A stretch of 64,000 nucleotides of DNA from a virus (Duplodnaviria > Caudoviricetes): positions 96,001 to 160,000 of the IMG/VR virus record IMGVR_UViG_3300028886_000035, one strand, 5' to 3'. Below, piece by piece: positions 1-10,800 of the stretch. Made by a program: the position numbers and the translations under genes. Below the pieces are notes generated by a model. It was not told the DNA's origin. It searched no databases and was given only the letters and a program-made list of their open reading frames with translations. Position 1 is the stretch's first letter; the number at the start of each line of letters is the position of its first letter.

Positions 1-3000
1 TTTATTTTTTCCAATTAATGAACTTAAACGATATTGTGCTTTTGAATGAAGTTGTTTAAAATATTCTTTTGATTTACCATCAGAAATATTTTTAATATCT
101 TTACTATCACTATCTTGTATATGATATTCTTTTGGTATTGCCAATCCATTTATTTGTGCTTTCTTAAATTGGTTATCAATTGCTTCTTTATCATAAGCAT
201 TCAAATCACTTAATGAAAGTAATTCTTCAAAACTATATTGACTAGCATATTTATCACTATTTATTTTGCTAATCTTATTAGTTTTTTCCCATTTACTAAT
301 TGTGTTTAAAATATCTTTTTCATTAGCAATTTTTTTCATCTTATTAAGCATTTCTCGCTTAGATAAAATAATATTGTGTTTTTCATGCTTATTAGAAGAA
401 TATTCATTATATGTTTTGTTAATTGTAGAAAGTTCAAATAAACTATCTAAATCCTTTTCACTTTCTGTATTTACCAAACCATTTTCAATTCCCATATCAA
501 ATTTAGCAGTTATACTCAAACCATTATTTTTATTGAAAATTTGTGCAGTACAACGCACATTATTTTCATCCATTTTAATAGAATCAAATTTAATACATTC
601 TAAATGTTTTGGTAAAGCATTTGAAAATTGTGATTTAAATTCAGATACAGTTAATCTCTTTTCTACATTTCTCGTATCTGTATCATCTATATATTCTGCT
701 TCTAATTCTTTATCTGCTACTTTATTTGCTTTACTTAAATTATCCTCTTTTAATCCTTCTGATACATTTAAATTACTACTACGCATTAAATCTTCAAAAG
801 ATTGTTCAGAAGCATATAATGTACTTGAAATTTTAGTAATAACATTCTTTTTAACTAATTCATCAATCATTATATCTATATTTTCTTCAGGAAGAATGTT
901 AAATAATTTTTCATGAAAATTTCTCTTAGAAATAATTACTTTGTTATGGCTATCAGAATTGTTTTCTTTTAAATAAGCACTTAGCATTTTGCTATTTTTA
1001 AAACGATTTGCTAAATCTTTAATTTCAATCATTTTATCATTAATTTTGCAATAAACATGTTCATTATCAATTTTAGCAACAATATTACGTTTCTTATTAT
1101 CTTTTGCTTTAAATGCAATTATCATATTCTGATTATCTAACATAGTTAAATCAAAATCATTTAAATATTTACCAATTAAATTATATGCTTTAACAAAATG
1201 TTGTTCTTTTTTATCTAATGCTTCTTGTGTTCTTGTATCATTATCAGAAATATAATGTCTTACTAATTCAGACAATGTAGTTCTATTTGCTTTTTCTAAA
1301 TTGTATGTTTTTAAATTTTTATCTATATCTTTTGTATAAGAATTTAAAAGATTATTAAATGATGTATTTGCAACATACGTATTAGAATTAATCTTTGCAA
1401 TTTTTTTACTATTGACTAAATCATTAATTAATTGATTCGTTTGTTCTTTTGTTAAATAATCTTTTAAATTATTTACAAATTGTTTATGACTAATAATGAT
1501 TTTTTTGTCTTTAGAAATATCTACATCTGTATCTTTTACATATGCACTAAGTAATTTACTGCGTGTAAACATAGTTTTTAATTCATCTAAATTTACATAC
1601 TTAGTTCCTGCTTTACAAAGAATATTGCCTTTTTTAATATATCCTGATACAATTCTCTTTTTATTATTGCTATTAATAAAAGATAACACGAACTTATCTT
1701 TACTAAGCATTTTTACGTCACAATTTTTAAATTTATGATTAACCTGTGCTACAACTGCTTCTTTATATGCTTCAATATTTTTAATTGCTTGTTGTGTTCG
1801 TGTATCATTATCTTTTGTTTCATAAGAATAGAACTTATCATCATTACCAAAACGAATTTTTGCTTGCTTAATGTTTTCTATCTCATTCTTACTTCTAAAT
1901 TTTGTTCCACGAACCAATTCAGACAATGATTTATTAGAAGCATATGTTGTTGAATTAAGTTTCGTAACTAAATTATTTTCTTCCCAATCTTGAATCATCT
2001 GATTGATATTTTCAGAAGAAATATAATTATGCAACTGCGCTTTTAATTCTTTAGCAGAATATACATATCCACCTGCAATCTGATTATCTTTACCGTTCAG
2101 ATATTCTTTAATTTCTTTATCATCGTTACCAAATTTTTGTAATAATTGTGCTACAGTAAATCGATTCATTTGTTCATCTTCAATATACTGCAATTTAGCT
2201 ACTTTTTCATTTTCAATATTAAAAACAAATCCATAACTATCTCTCATATTATTATGATTGATAACTGATGTTATATATAAATTATCATTATCTCTACTAG
2301 CATTAACCATTTTATATACATTAAATGTACGATTAATAATATTACTAGCTTCAATTGCCAAACGATTTGCAGATTTATTTTCGTAACTAGCTTTTGCTAC
2401 ACGATTATTTACAAATTCAGCAGTATGTGATACTTCACCTACAAATTGTTCTCTTGTATCAGGGAATAAATAATTTATATCATACGTGGAAGCATATTCA
2501 TTACTACCAATAGCAACAATATTTCCCTCTTTTACATTTTTTTCAATAAGTTCTTTGGCTAAACTTAAACGATTATTACAACGTTGTAAAATTTCATATC
2601 GTGTCATAACAGTATATTGGTATGACGCTTGTTTTACTTTTGTTGGTTTATTTAAATCTACTGTTTGACTATCTTCTATGGAATCTTCTAATCCCGCTTC
2701 ACTATATGGGTATTCATTAATGATACTAGCAATTTTAGTTGTAAATGTTTTATTTGCAACAATTTTACCATTATCATCATTGTACGTAAATGTATATTCC
2801 AATGGATTATTTAAAAGAGTTGCTTTAATAACAACTTTATCATTATCCACAGAAGCATTTGCAGTATATCTATACTTTTTTAAAAATTTAGATAATTCAT
2901 TCATTGCAAATACTTGCAACTGTTTTTCATTAAATGAAAATTTCATTTCACGTACATTACCTAAATCATTATTACGTTCTGCAATAATGTGTTTACGGTT

Positions 3001-3129
3001 AATGGTATTATTATCAAATTCAATATTCATTTTACGTTCAACAGGATTATTAAATTTAATGTTATCAATCCAATCAGGTACATTTACCTTTGGATTTGTA
3101 AGTAATTTTCCATCTACCTCATTGAGCAT
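1..3129 (-). CDS. Large hypothetical (probably virion) protein with internal repeats, >1043 aa, 3' end outside window
   Basis: Missing from the ORF track because it has no stop in the window. ATG at 3129 follows an AAAGGAG SD; reads MLNEVDGKLLTNPKVNVPDWIDNIKF... and is open at position 1 (spot-checked). Recurrent Y-A-S-x-x-S/D-phi-x-x-L motif. Confidence 0.85.
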   Translation of the reverse strand, partial: MLNEVDGKLLTNPKVNVPDWIDNIKFNNPVERKMNIEFDNNTINRKHIIAERNNDLGNVREMKFSFNEKQLQVFAMNELSKFLKKYRYTANASVDNDKVVIKATLLNNPLEYTFTYNDDNGKIVANKTFTTKIASIINEYPYSEAGLEDSIEDSQTVDLNKPTKVKQASYQYTVMTRYEILQRCNNRLSLAKELIEKNVKEGNIVAIGSNEYASTYDINYLFPDTREQFVGEVSHTAEFVNNRVAKASYENKSANRLAIEASNIINRTFNVYKMVNASRDNDNLYITSVINHNNMRDSYGFVFNIENEKVAKLQYIEDEQMNRFTVAQLLQKFGNDDKEIKEYLNGKDNQIAGGYVYSAKELKAQLHNYISSENINQMIQDWEENNLVTKLNSTTYASNKSLSELVRGTKFRSKNEIENIKQAKIRFGNDDKFYSYETKDNDTRTQQAIKNIEAYKEAVVAQVNHKFKNCDVKMLSKDKFVLSFINSNNKKRIVSGYIKKGNILCKAGTKYVNLDELKTMFTRSKLLSAYVKDTDVDISKDKKIIISHKQFVNNLKDYLTKEQTNQLINDLVNSKKIAKINSNTYVANTSFNNLLNSYTKDIDKNLKTYNLEKANRTTLSELVRHYISDNDTRTQEALDKKEQHFVKAYNLIGKYLNDFDLTMLDNQNMIIAFKAKDNKKRNIVAKIDNEHVYCKINDKMIEIKDLANRFKNSKMLSAYLKENNSDSHNKVIISKRNFHEKLFNILPEENIDIMIDELVKKNVITKISSTLYASEQSFEDLMRSSNLNVSEGLKEDNLSKANKVADKELEAEYIDDTDTRNVEKRLTVSEFKSQFSNALPKHLECIKFDSIKMDENNVRCTAQIFNKNNGLSITAKFDMGIENGLVNTESEKDLDSLFELSTINKTYNEYSSNKHEKHNIILSKREMLNKMKKIANEKDILNTISKWEKTNKISKINSDKYASQYSFEELLSLSDLNAYDKEAIDNQFKKAQINGLAIPKEYHIQDSDSKDIKNISDGKSKEYFKQLHSKAQYRLSSLIGKNK

Positions 3130-3150
3130 AATTTACATACACTCTCCTTT

Positions 3151-3492
3151 TTATGCTAATCTACCATAAATTTTATCTATTGCTTCATCGACTGTACTAT
3201 AAAATCCACGATACTGTACATCCGACCATTTTGATTTTTTATATCCTGCCAATGTACAAATAGCAGAAATAACTACAAATACTTCTTTATATTCCTTATC
3301 ATTTAATGTAAATTTCCAAACTTCAAATACATCTAACACATCAGGAACATTAACAACTGTATAAAAATCATCTATATTACTACGTGATTTATTTGTTTGT
3401 TTTCTAATGCTTCTAATTGGAGCAGGTGGATTAGCAAAATTTTGTTTTAGTAATGTACTAATATTGTCACTAGCTTCATTAATAGCATCCAT
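3151..3492 (-). CDS. Hypothetical protein; probably the C-terminal part of a fusion with 3531..4412 across an A10 run
   Basis: Frame extends upstream without a stop as KKKRLIADEIGNIPLSQV into the A10 run at 3537-3546. Confidence 0.7.
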   Translation of the reverse strand: MDAINEASDNISTLLKQNFANPPAPIRSIRKQTNKSRSNIDDFYTVVNVPDVLDVFEVWKFTLNDKEYKEVFVVISAICTLAGYKKSKWSDVQYRGFYSTVDEAIDKIYGRLA

Positions 3493-3530
3493 AACTTGAC
3501 TTAATGGTATATTACCAATTTCATCAGCTA

Positions 3531-4412
3531 TTAGTCTTTTTTTTTTGCATGAACAGAAGGTGTTTCATACATTTCAGGCTTTACCCCATCAAATCCACGC
3601 ATATCTGTAATATAATCATATCCCATATCTGTACTACTTGTATTACCACCATTATAAGGCGCATCATATGGGTCTTGATTACCATCCATCATACGTTCAA
3701 TATTTTTTAAACTTTCGTCTGAAATATTAAAATCTTGATAATGTTCGTAACCCTTATCATTTATTTTTTCATCAACTAAATCTTTAGTTAAACAAATTGC
3801 ATAATCTTCAGGGAAAATTACACTATAATAATCTAACAAATCAGAAACACGTTTAGCGGAAACATTTACTCCCATTTCTTGTATATCGTCTATCTCACCT
3901 AAACAAAGTTTTAATGCTTCGCTATTTTCAAATAAATGTTTCGATATATTTAATTTTATTTGAATATTTTTATTTTTAGCCATTTTAACAATTTTACTAA
4001 ATTGTTTTTTTGCATAAAAAGCTCTATCGTCAACTAAAACAGGATAAACTTTATATCCTAATTTTTCTATTTCATCTGCTACTGCTTTTTTTAATTTATT
4101 ATCATAACGCAAAGTGAATGCTTCATAAAAATTTTGTAATTCACCATCTGTTCCATTCCACAATGTAAGAATATAATCTGCTAAAAATTCAGGATAGAAA
4201 TGCATATTAATCATTTCTTGACCTGCAACCTTTGTATTTATTCCTTTATTCTTTGCCCATTGTTGAAAAGCATAAGGTTCATTCTTATACCCTTTTAAAT
4301 AATCATTCATAGAAGCATCACCTAAAATGTCTCCATCATCACGCCAATTTAAATCTAAGTCATAATCATATGGCTTATTGACTTCAGGGTTTTTTCTCAA
4401 ATCTTGTGTCAT
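3531..4412 (-). CDS. Hypothetical acidic protein, likely virion/head
   Basis: 293-aa ORF with AGGAG SD, downstream of a candidate late promoter. Confidence 0.8.
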   Translation of the reverse strand: MTQDLRKNPEVNKPYDYDLDLNWRDDGDILGDASMNDYLKGYKNEPYAFQQWAKNKGINTKVAGQEMINMHFYPEFLADYILTLWNGTDGELQNFYEAFTLRYDNKLKKAVADEIEKLGYKVYPVLVDDRAFYAKKQFSKIVKMAKNKNIQIKLNISKHLFENSEALKLCLGEIDDIQEMGVNVSAKRVSDLLDYYSVIFPEDYAICLTKDLVDEKINDKGYEHYQDFNISDESLKNIERMMDGNQDPYDAPYNGGNTSSTDMGYDYITDMRGFDGVKPEMYETPSVHAKKKD

Positions 4413-4993
4413 TATTTGTTCTCCTTTAAAGCATAATTTATAATTAATTGCTTAATATCTGATAACAATTTAGATGATACAACAATTTTTTGTTTACGTA
4501 AAAACTTAGATAAACTTTCGTCAAATTCATCTTTGTTTATTATATTATTTTTCTTGGCAACTTTCTTACGGATTACTTCATTTTCATTATCATCCTGTAC
4601 TTCTTTTATAAGATATTGCTGACCATCTTCATACGTTTTTAAAGTCCAAATAGAACCATCATCAAAATCATAATCATATAACCCCGCTACCGTATTTTTA
4701 CCAAAAGCACGGTATTTATTATCTCCGATATTCGTAAATGATTTTAATACATTTTCATCTACCTTAAATTTTGGAGCACTAGGAGAATAATATACATTAT
4801 AATATTTTCCTACTTTTTCATACATTGACTGATAACCATTCACATTTAAATCATGCTGAACCTGTTTTGCTTCTGTTTCAGAATTTACAACAGAAAATAA
4901 TTTCTTACTCTGTTTATGCATTGATTCCGCAATTCGTGTAAACGTATCATTATCAAAGATTTCATCTGAAACTCTTTTAATCACGTTTTTCAC
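4412..4993 (-). CDS. Hypothetical protein (GTG start)
   Basis: 193-aa ORF with AGGAG SD; TATT-N7-TAGA motif upstream. Confidence 0.8.
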   Translation of the reverse strand: MKNVIKRVSDEIFDNDTFTRIAESMHKQSKKLFSVVNSETEAKQVQHDLNVNGYQSMYEKVGKYYNVYYSPSAPKFKVDENVLKSFTNIGDNKYRAFGKNTVAGLYDYDFDDGSIWTLKTYEDGQQYLIKEVQDDNENEVIRKKVAKKNNIINKDEFDESLSKFLRKQKIVVSSKLLSDIKQLIINYALKENK

Positions 4994-5050
4994 ACTCCCT
5001 AATTCGTAAATTCTGAAACCAAAAGTTATAGTGGTATCAGAACGTTTATA

Positions 5051-5065
5051 TCTATTAAAAAAATA
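5051..5065 (-). promoter_or_regulatory. Candidate phage late promoter TATT-N7-TAGA
   Basis: Minus strand TATTTTTTTAATAGA; same motif and spacing upstream of five other late-type genes. Confidence 0.55.
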
Positions 5066-5137
5066 ATATAAACGTTTTATATTATTACTTTTTCTTATAT
5101 ATACAAAGCTATAATACTTGTTTTATAACATAAAAAT

Positions 5138-5163
5138 AAAAGGTAAGATTAATCTTACCTTTT
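5138..5163 (-). terminator. Intrinsic terminator
   Basis: aaaaggtaagatt/aatcttacctttt palindrome just after the MTase stop. Confidence 0.7.
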
Positions 5164-5172
5164 ATAAAATTA

Positions 5173-5844
5173 TTATTTATCATTAATCAAATCGCAACCA
5201 ATAAAATTGCGATTTGTATCTTTACAACAAGTTAAAACAGAATAGCCACCTGCACATGGGTCTAATACAAAGTCTTGTTCATCTGTTGTGGCTAAAATTA
5301 ATCGTTTCTGTAATTCAATTGGTTTACTATGTGGATGTACTTTTACTACCTTTTCTTGCCAAACATCAGGTATACCGTGGTCATTCCAACAGCCCTTTGC
5401 ACGAATAGGCTTCTTCTGTAATACTACCATATATTCTGCCTTATGTCTTGAACGGTATCCCATTCCTATTTTCATCTTATCCCACGTAATCATATCAACT
5501 ACTTCAAGTGGAAGTCCTTTCCTCCATTTATGAGCACTACCTTCACAAAGATGAAACCTATCTACCCACAAAAATATATGTCCACTTGGTTTTAATACTC
5601 TTGAAATTTCAGTTAAAAATTCAACAATTTTTTCTTCAGTCATTTGTGGTAATGCACAACGGTCTACATTACGATTTTTACCTTCATCACCGTAATGCAA
5701 TTGGTCTAAAATACCTCTATACTGTGGGTCAAACACACAAAGTTTAATTGTTTCATCTTTTAAACTTTTCATTAACTCCATGCCATCAGACTTATTCTTA
5801 TCGTTAATCACATAATTAGTTTGGCTAGAAAAAATATCCTGCAT
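5173..5844 (-). CDS. DNA N6-adenine/N4-cytosine methyltransferase (beta class)
   Basis: N-terminal catalytic motif VFDPQY (DPPY-like), HPHSKP, and C-terminal SAM motif VLDPCAGGYS...RNFIGCD. Confidence 0.9.
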   Translation of the reverse strand: MQDIFSSQTNYVINDKNKSDGMELMKSLKDETIKLCVFDPQYRGILDQLHYGDEGKNRNVDRCALPQMTEEKIVEFLTEISRVLKPSGHIFLWVDRFHLCEGSAHKWRKGLPLEVVDMITWDKMKIGMGYRSRHKAEYMVVLQKKPIRAKGCWNDHGIPDVWQEKVVKVHPHSKPIELQKRLILATTDEQDFVLDPCAGGYSVLTCCKDTNRNFIGCDLINDK

Positions 5845-5846
5845 TA

Positions 5847-6506
5847 TTAATCCTCTTTCTTCAACAATTTTTCATACAAATAACTTTTTAATTCCTCTAC
5901 GTGCATTTCACGTTTTTCCTCATCTGTATGTTTTTCATCTAAAATCATATATAATTCTTTTAATGCTTTTTTCTTGATAACTGAAACTCTACTTTGACTG
6001 ATTTTAAGTTTCTTACCAATTTCTTGTTGTTTATATCCTTCTAAAGTAAGTCCAATAACTTCTTTTTGACGTTTATTAAGCAAACTAAATATATACTCTA
6101 CATACATATCTGATTCACTATCACCAATGTCATCAACAGTTTTATTTTGTAATAAATAATCACAATCAGAAGGTTTTTCTCTATTTCCTTTAAAATAATA
6201 CCTTTGAATGTAAGCTCTTAATTTAATAATTAAATTCTTAAATAAATATCTATCAAATTTAAAGAACTTCCCATCATAATATGGGTCATATGCTTCACAT
6301 AAAACTGTAAAATAAATATATGCTTGTTGTAATAATTCATTTTTATCAAATGATTTCATCCAACCTAGCCAACCTACTAATCTTTGTATTTTTTCCTCAT
6401 ACATAAACCATATTTTATTTCTATCTGTTTTAACATCCTCATATAATGGTTCAAAAGGAGGAACTAAATCAAAGTTTTCTTTGGTTTCATCAGACGTATT
6501 TATCAA
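5847..6506 (-). CDS. Sigma-70-family RNA polymerase sigma factor (phage-encoded)
   Basis: Region 2-like ELLQQAYIYF...YDP...FDRYL and region 4 HTH LNKRQKEVI...YKQQEIGKKLKISQSRVSVIKKKAL. Confidence 0.85.
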   Translation of the reverse strand: MINTSDETKENFDLVPPFEPLYEDVKTDRNKIWFMYEEKIQRLVGWLGWMKSFDKNELLQQAYIYFTVLCEAYDPYYDGKFFKFDRYLFKNLIIKLRAYIQRYYFKGNREKPSDCDYLLQNKTVDDIGDSESDMYVEYIFSLLNKRQKEVIGLTLEGYKQQEIGKKLKISQSRVSVIKKKALKELYMILDEKHTDEEKREMHVEELKSYLYEKLLKKED

Positions 6507-6518
6507 ATTAATCCTTCC

Positions 6519-7739
6519 TTATTCACTTTGTTCAACAACAATAAATCCTATTTTCATATCACGACACATATCTTTAATAAACTCATTTACATCATTTAAA
6601 TCAATTGAATTTAATGTATCAATAATAACATCTTTATCTATTGTATCGTGTGCTGCATATTGGTCTAATTTAAAACTATTTGCATCTTCACAACAACGAA
6701 AAGCCTTTTTAAAATCACTTGTTAAAAATGCTTTTGCATGATTAAATTCTTTTTGTGTAATGCCTTTATCTAAATCATTTAATTTTTCGACAATTAATTC
6801 TTTCGTTTTTTCAATATTATTTTTATTTAATGCAGTATAACAAAACATTAATGATGGTTCATTTAAATCAAATGTCATAGTATCTGCACGAACAGTATAC
6901 GCATATCCATACTTTTCACGAATATCCATAAACCTAGAGCCAAATCCTCCACCCAATACATGAGCAATAATTTCATTTATTAATGTTTCTTTCGTGTTGG
7001 ATGATTTTGTTTCCCATATAGCAACCATTGTTGATTGAATTCCTTCAATTGTATCTACATTATCTTCAATAGTTATAATTGGATTGACAACACGATTATT
7101 AATGGAAGTTTTTGCAAATTCATATCCTTCTAAATAGTCAGATACAAATTCACAAATTTGTTCATGTTTTACATTACCTGTTACCATTAATGTAATATTT
7201 GATGGAATATAATTAGAATTAATAAAATTAATTAATTGTTCTCTAGTAATATTCCTTACGGTTTCAGGTGTTCCACCATTTGTCCAACGATTAGCATATT
7301 TTCTAAAAATTGTTTTAGTAATATTTTCCATTACTCTATGTGTAGCATCGTCATGATACATATTCAATTCTTCAATAACTACGCTTTTTTCTAATTCAAA
7401 TTCTTCTTCAGGAATAGTATTATTAAATACAATATCAGATATTACATCTAATGCAGTTTTCCAATATTCTTTTAAAATGGTACAATGAAATGCAGTACTA
7501 TTTTCTGCGGTATATGCATTCATGTCGCCGCCATATTGTTGTACATCTAACCAAATTTCATCTTTATCTCTATTTGCAGTACCTTTAAAAACTTGATGTT
7601 CTGCTAAATGTGCAATACCCAAACAATCATTCGGTTCATCAAAACTACCTTTATTTACAATATATCCCATAGAAACAAAATCTTCATCTGTTTGTTCTGT
7701 TATAACAGTCAAACCATTATCTAAAATTGTTTTTTTCAT
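6519..7739 (-). CDS. M16 (insulinase/pitrilysin-family) zinc metallopeptidase
   Basis: Inverted zinc motif GIAHLAEHQVFKGT (HxxEH), NAYT, EKSVVIEE, and C-domain LGGGFGSRF..IREKYGYAY. Confidence 0.93.
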   Translation of the reverse strand: MKKTILDNGLTVITEQTDEDFVSMGYIVNKGSFDEPNDCLGIAHLAEHQVFKGTANRDKDEIWLDVQQYGGDMNAYTAENSTAFHCTILKEYWKTALDVISDIVFNNTIPEEEFELEKSVVIEELNMYHDDATHRVMENITKTIFRKYANRWTNGGTPETVRNITREQLINFINSNYIPSNITLMVTGNVKHEQICEFVSDYLEGYEFAKTSINNRVVNPIITIEDNVDTIEGIQSTMVAIWETKSSNTKETLINEIIAHVLGGGFGSRFMDIREKYGYAYTVRADTMTFDLNEPSLMFCYTALNKNNIEKTKELIVEKLNDLDKGITQKEFNHAKAFLTSDFKKAFRCCEDANSFKLDQYAAHDTIDKDVIIDTLNSIDLNDVNEFIKDMCRDMKIGFIVVEQSE

Positions 7740-7817
7740 ATATATTTATCTCCATTTCATAATCATAATTTATTATATATATTTATTCATAAAAAAAATA
7801 ATATTTGATTGATAAAA

Positions 7818-7841
7818 AATAGCCTAGAAAACTAGGCTATT
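7818..7841 (-). terminator. Intrinsic terminator after terminase
   Basis: aatagcctag-aaaa-ctaggctatt hairpin with a T-run on the minus strand. Confidence 0.75.
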
Positions 7842-7845
7842 AAAA

Positions 7846-10800
7846 TCATCTAAATTTATATCTACCTGCCGTTGCTTTTGGCATATGTCCTCTACGACCT
7901 TCTACTGTTGCAAAGTTGGCAAGAACATCACTATCAGGTACATCATCATGATAACCTAATGGTGCTTCAATTTTCTTATTAACAGAATAACCTGTAACTG
8001 TTTGTTCCAAATCTGCCCATTCGCTTACCATACGATGATAGTATCCAATATTATTTTCTCCTGCACCTTCCGCAGTTGATTTTAAAAATCTTTCTTTAGT
8101 CATATATTTAAATTTACCATTATCTAATTCCTGTCTCCACTTTGCATACATGATATTTTTCATATTCATTCCTGAACCTGTAAATCTATCACGAGCATTA
8201 AAAATAATTCCCTCTAAATTTTTAATACCAAATTCTTCCTGCAAAGTTTGAACAACCGCAGCTCCACAACCTGTATAATCTGCAAAAATCTTTTTACATT
8301 CAAATCGTGGATGATAACCACCAAATAAATTAGATATATAGTACATTTGTTGTGGATAACTTGTATCCTGAAATTCTTTGGAGAAAACTTTTTGTTTTGT
8401 TCCATCACGAGCTACACGCAATACGGTAATTTGCGTACTATCTCCATCAGGATTACTACCTGCAAAGTCAATACCTGCTACATAATTTTCTCCAATAATT
8501 CCGTGGTCTATCCAATCAAATTGTCCATCTGTCATTTTCTTTATTTGGTCACTATCCAAATATTTGCCTGCGCCATCAATAAATTCAAGCATATATTGTG
8601 TTTTAAAATCTTCGATAGACAAGTTTCCTTCTGTCCATAATTCAGGATTATTAGGGAACATTTCTTCTTTTAAAACTTTAGGCATAGCTTGTTCTAATAC
8701 GAATCGTGAATATGGACGTACAATACCTGTTTTTGGGTCAGGTAAATATATTGCATCTAATGCCCATAACTGTTGACATTGTGTCCAATCTCTACGTACT
8801 ACAGTCCATTTATCATGTGCTTTACCTTCTACTGCATCATAAAAATGATTGCGAGTCTTTGGTGTACCAATTTGCACTATTTTAGCATTTGTGTTATGAA
8901 CAAAGATGCCATTTGCAATAAATGAATGGTGTTTGTCTACTGTCAAATCATAAACGTGTTGTAATCCTGAGAATTCAACTTTTACAACTCTTGAAAATCT
9001 CAAATCAGTATCAAGTAGTTCCTTTGGAATTTTATGTTTATGTTGTTTTAAAATTTCTACACCTTTGTTCAAAGTTTCTTGTTTATAAGAAACCAAAAGT
9101 TTGAAATTCTTATGGAAATTTTCAACTGATTCTTTATCCTTTACATGCAACACATAATATTTTTTGTAGCTAACTGTTTTGCCATTAATTTGATGTTGTT
9201 TTTTTCCATTTCTCTCTTGTATATAACTCTGTACGCCAAATTTACAAAGAATATCTTGAACATTTTTAACAATATTCAAACATATCGAAACAAATTCAAT
9301 TCTGCAACGTCTATTTTCTTCAAGACGTACAGAACCATCAGTATCATACAGCCCGCCAATTAATTCCTGTAAAGACTCTTTATCCCATTTTTCAAAATCT
9401 TTTGGTAATATTTTACTCATAGACGTTTTACCATCCAATCCAGAGTCTTTCATATGTTGCACAAAACCAATAATCGTACCGCTTTTATAATTACGATTAT
9501 CTTTTGTCACAAAACACTTTGAAGAAATTTCGCTAAATTTAAAACCCATAGAGTTAATATAATCAATCAATTCTTGGTCTTGGGTAAAATATTGTGCAGA
9601 GTTTATACAACATCCGTCACCTATCATCATTCCAAACAAACGGGCATACTGATTATGAATTGTACCAAAGAATGGCAATTCTTTCGGAATTCCCACCTGA
9701 TAGCCAACTTTAATTTTATCCAAACGTTCCCATCTTGGAATTCTTGCTTTTTTTGTTTCTCTGCTTTTTACAATAATGGGGTGGTCATCTGTACCACAAA
9801 TAGTTTTGCCATTAGCCAAAGTAATTGTTATGGTATCATATACACCTGTATCATGAAATTCTGTAATATTGCCTTTAACAATCTTTTTTGTGTCAAAATC
9901 AACACATGGAATTTCATTTATATTTTTATTATTCACCAATTCTTCTATAGTTTGCGTTGTTCCATCAAGCAATTGAATTTGGGAATTGCCTATCAAACAG
10001 CCGCCTCCCATAGGCACAATTCGTTCGCTGAATGTATAATCTGATACTTTCTGTGCCTCGTCCAATACAATAACGTCAAACGTTAAACCTTCAATATTGG
10101 ATTGGTCACTTGCTGATACCGCAGTTACATAAGATTTATTGCTTAATTCAATTCTATCTTTTGTTAGTTTTACTATTTTATTATTCAATCTATCTTCATT
10201 CATTTGAAAGAATGTAGATAAACGTCCAATAGATACTTCTGCCTGTTGTAAACGTGGGGTAAAGACACCTACTCGCATTTGTGGATAATTATCTATTAAA
10301 AATCCACAAAAAGAGCTAATAGATTCTGTATTATGTGTTACTGTATAATCCCCCAATAAAAACAAATGGTCAGGAGAATCTATTGTAAAACCGAAATATT
10401 CTCCTATTCCTTTTGGTTTAACTTTAAATTTAAAAATCAAACTGAAATTATTATCTGATAAATTTTTAGTTTTAACAGAAGATAATAACGAAAATCTACC
10501 AAAGAAATAAATGGAATTAGTTTTCTTATTCTTTTTTAAATTAGCTTTCATACCAACAGAACGAATTAAATCTAGCATTTCACAAGCAAAATTAAAATCA
10601 TCAATCTTTAATTTTATTTTATCTTTTCCTATTGTTGAACTTTTTCCATCAACAAATCCAGATAAAAATAGCAACCTTGTTTCTAATGAATTTATTTTTA
10701 TATCATGCAAAATATCATTGTTTGTATGATGATTAATATAGTCTTGGATGTTTTTATCAAAAACATTTTTCTCTTTGTTTGACAAAATTTTTCCTAAATT

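Noticed and set aside
266-3169. Plus-strand ORFs in the track (e.g. 266..916, 2678..3169) and similar ones throughout the window
   Set aside because: They are antisense shadows of minus-strand genes, with Ser/Leu/Phe-rich composition and no SD sites.
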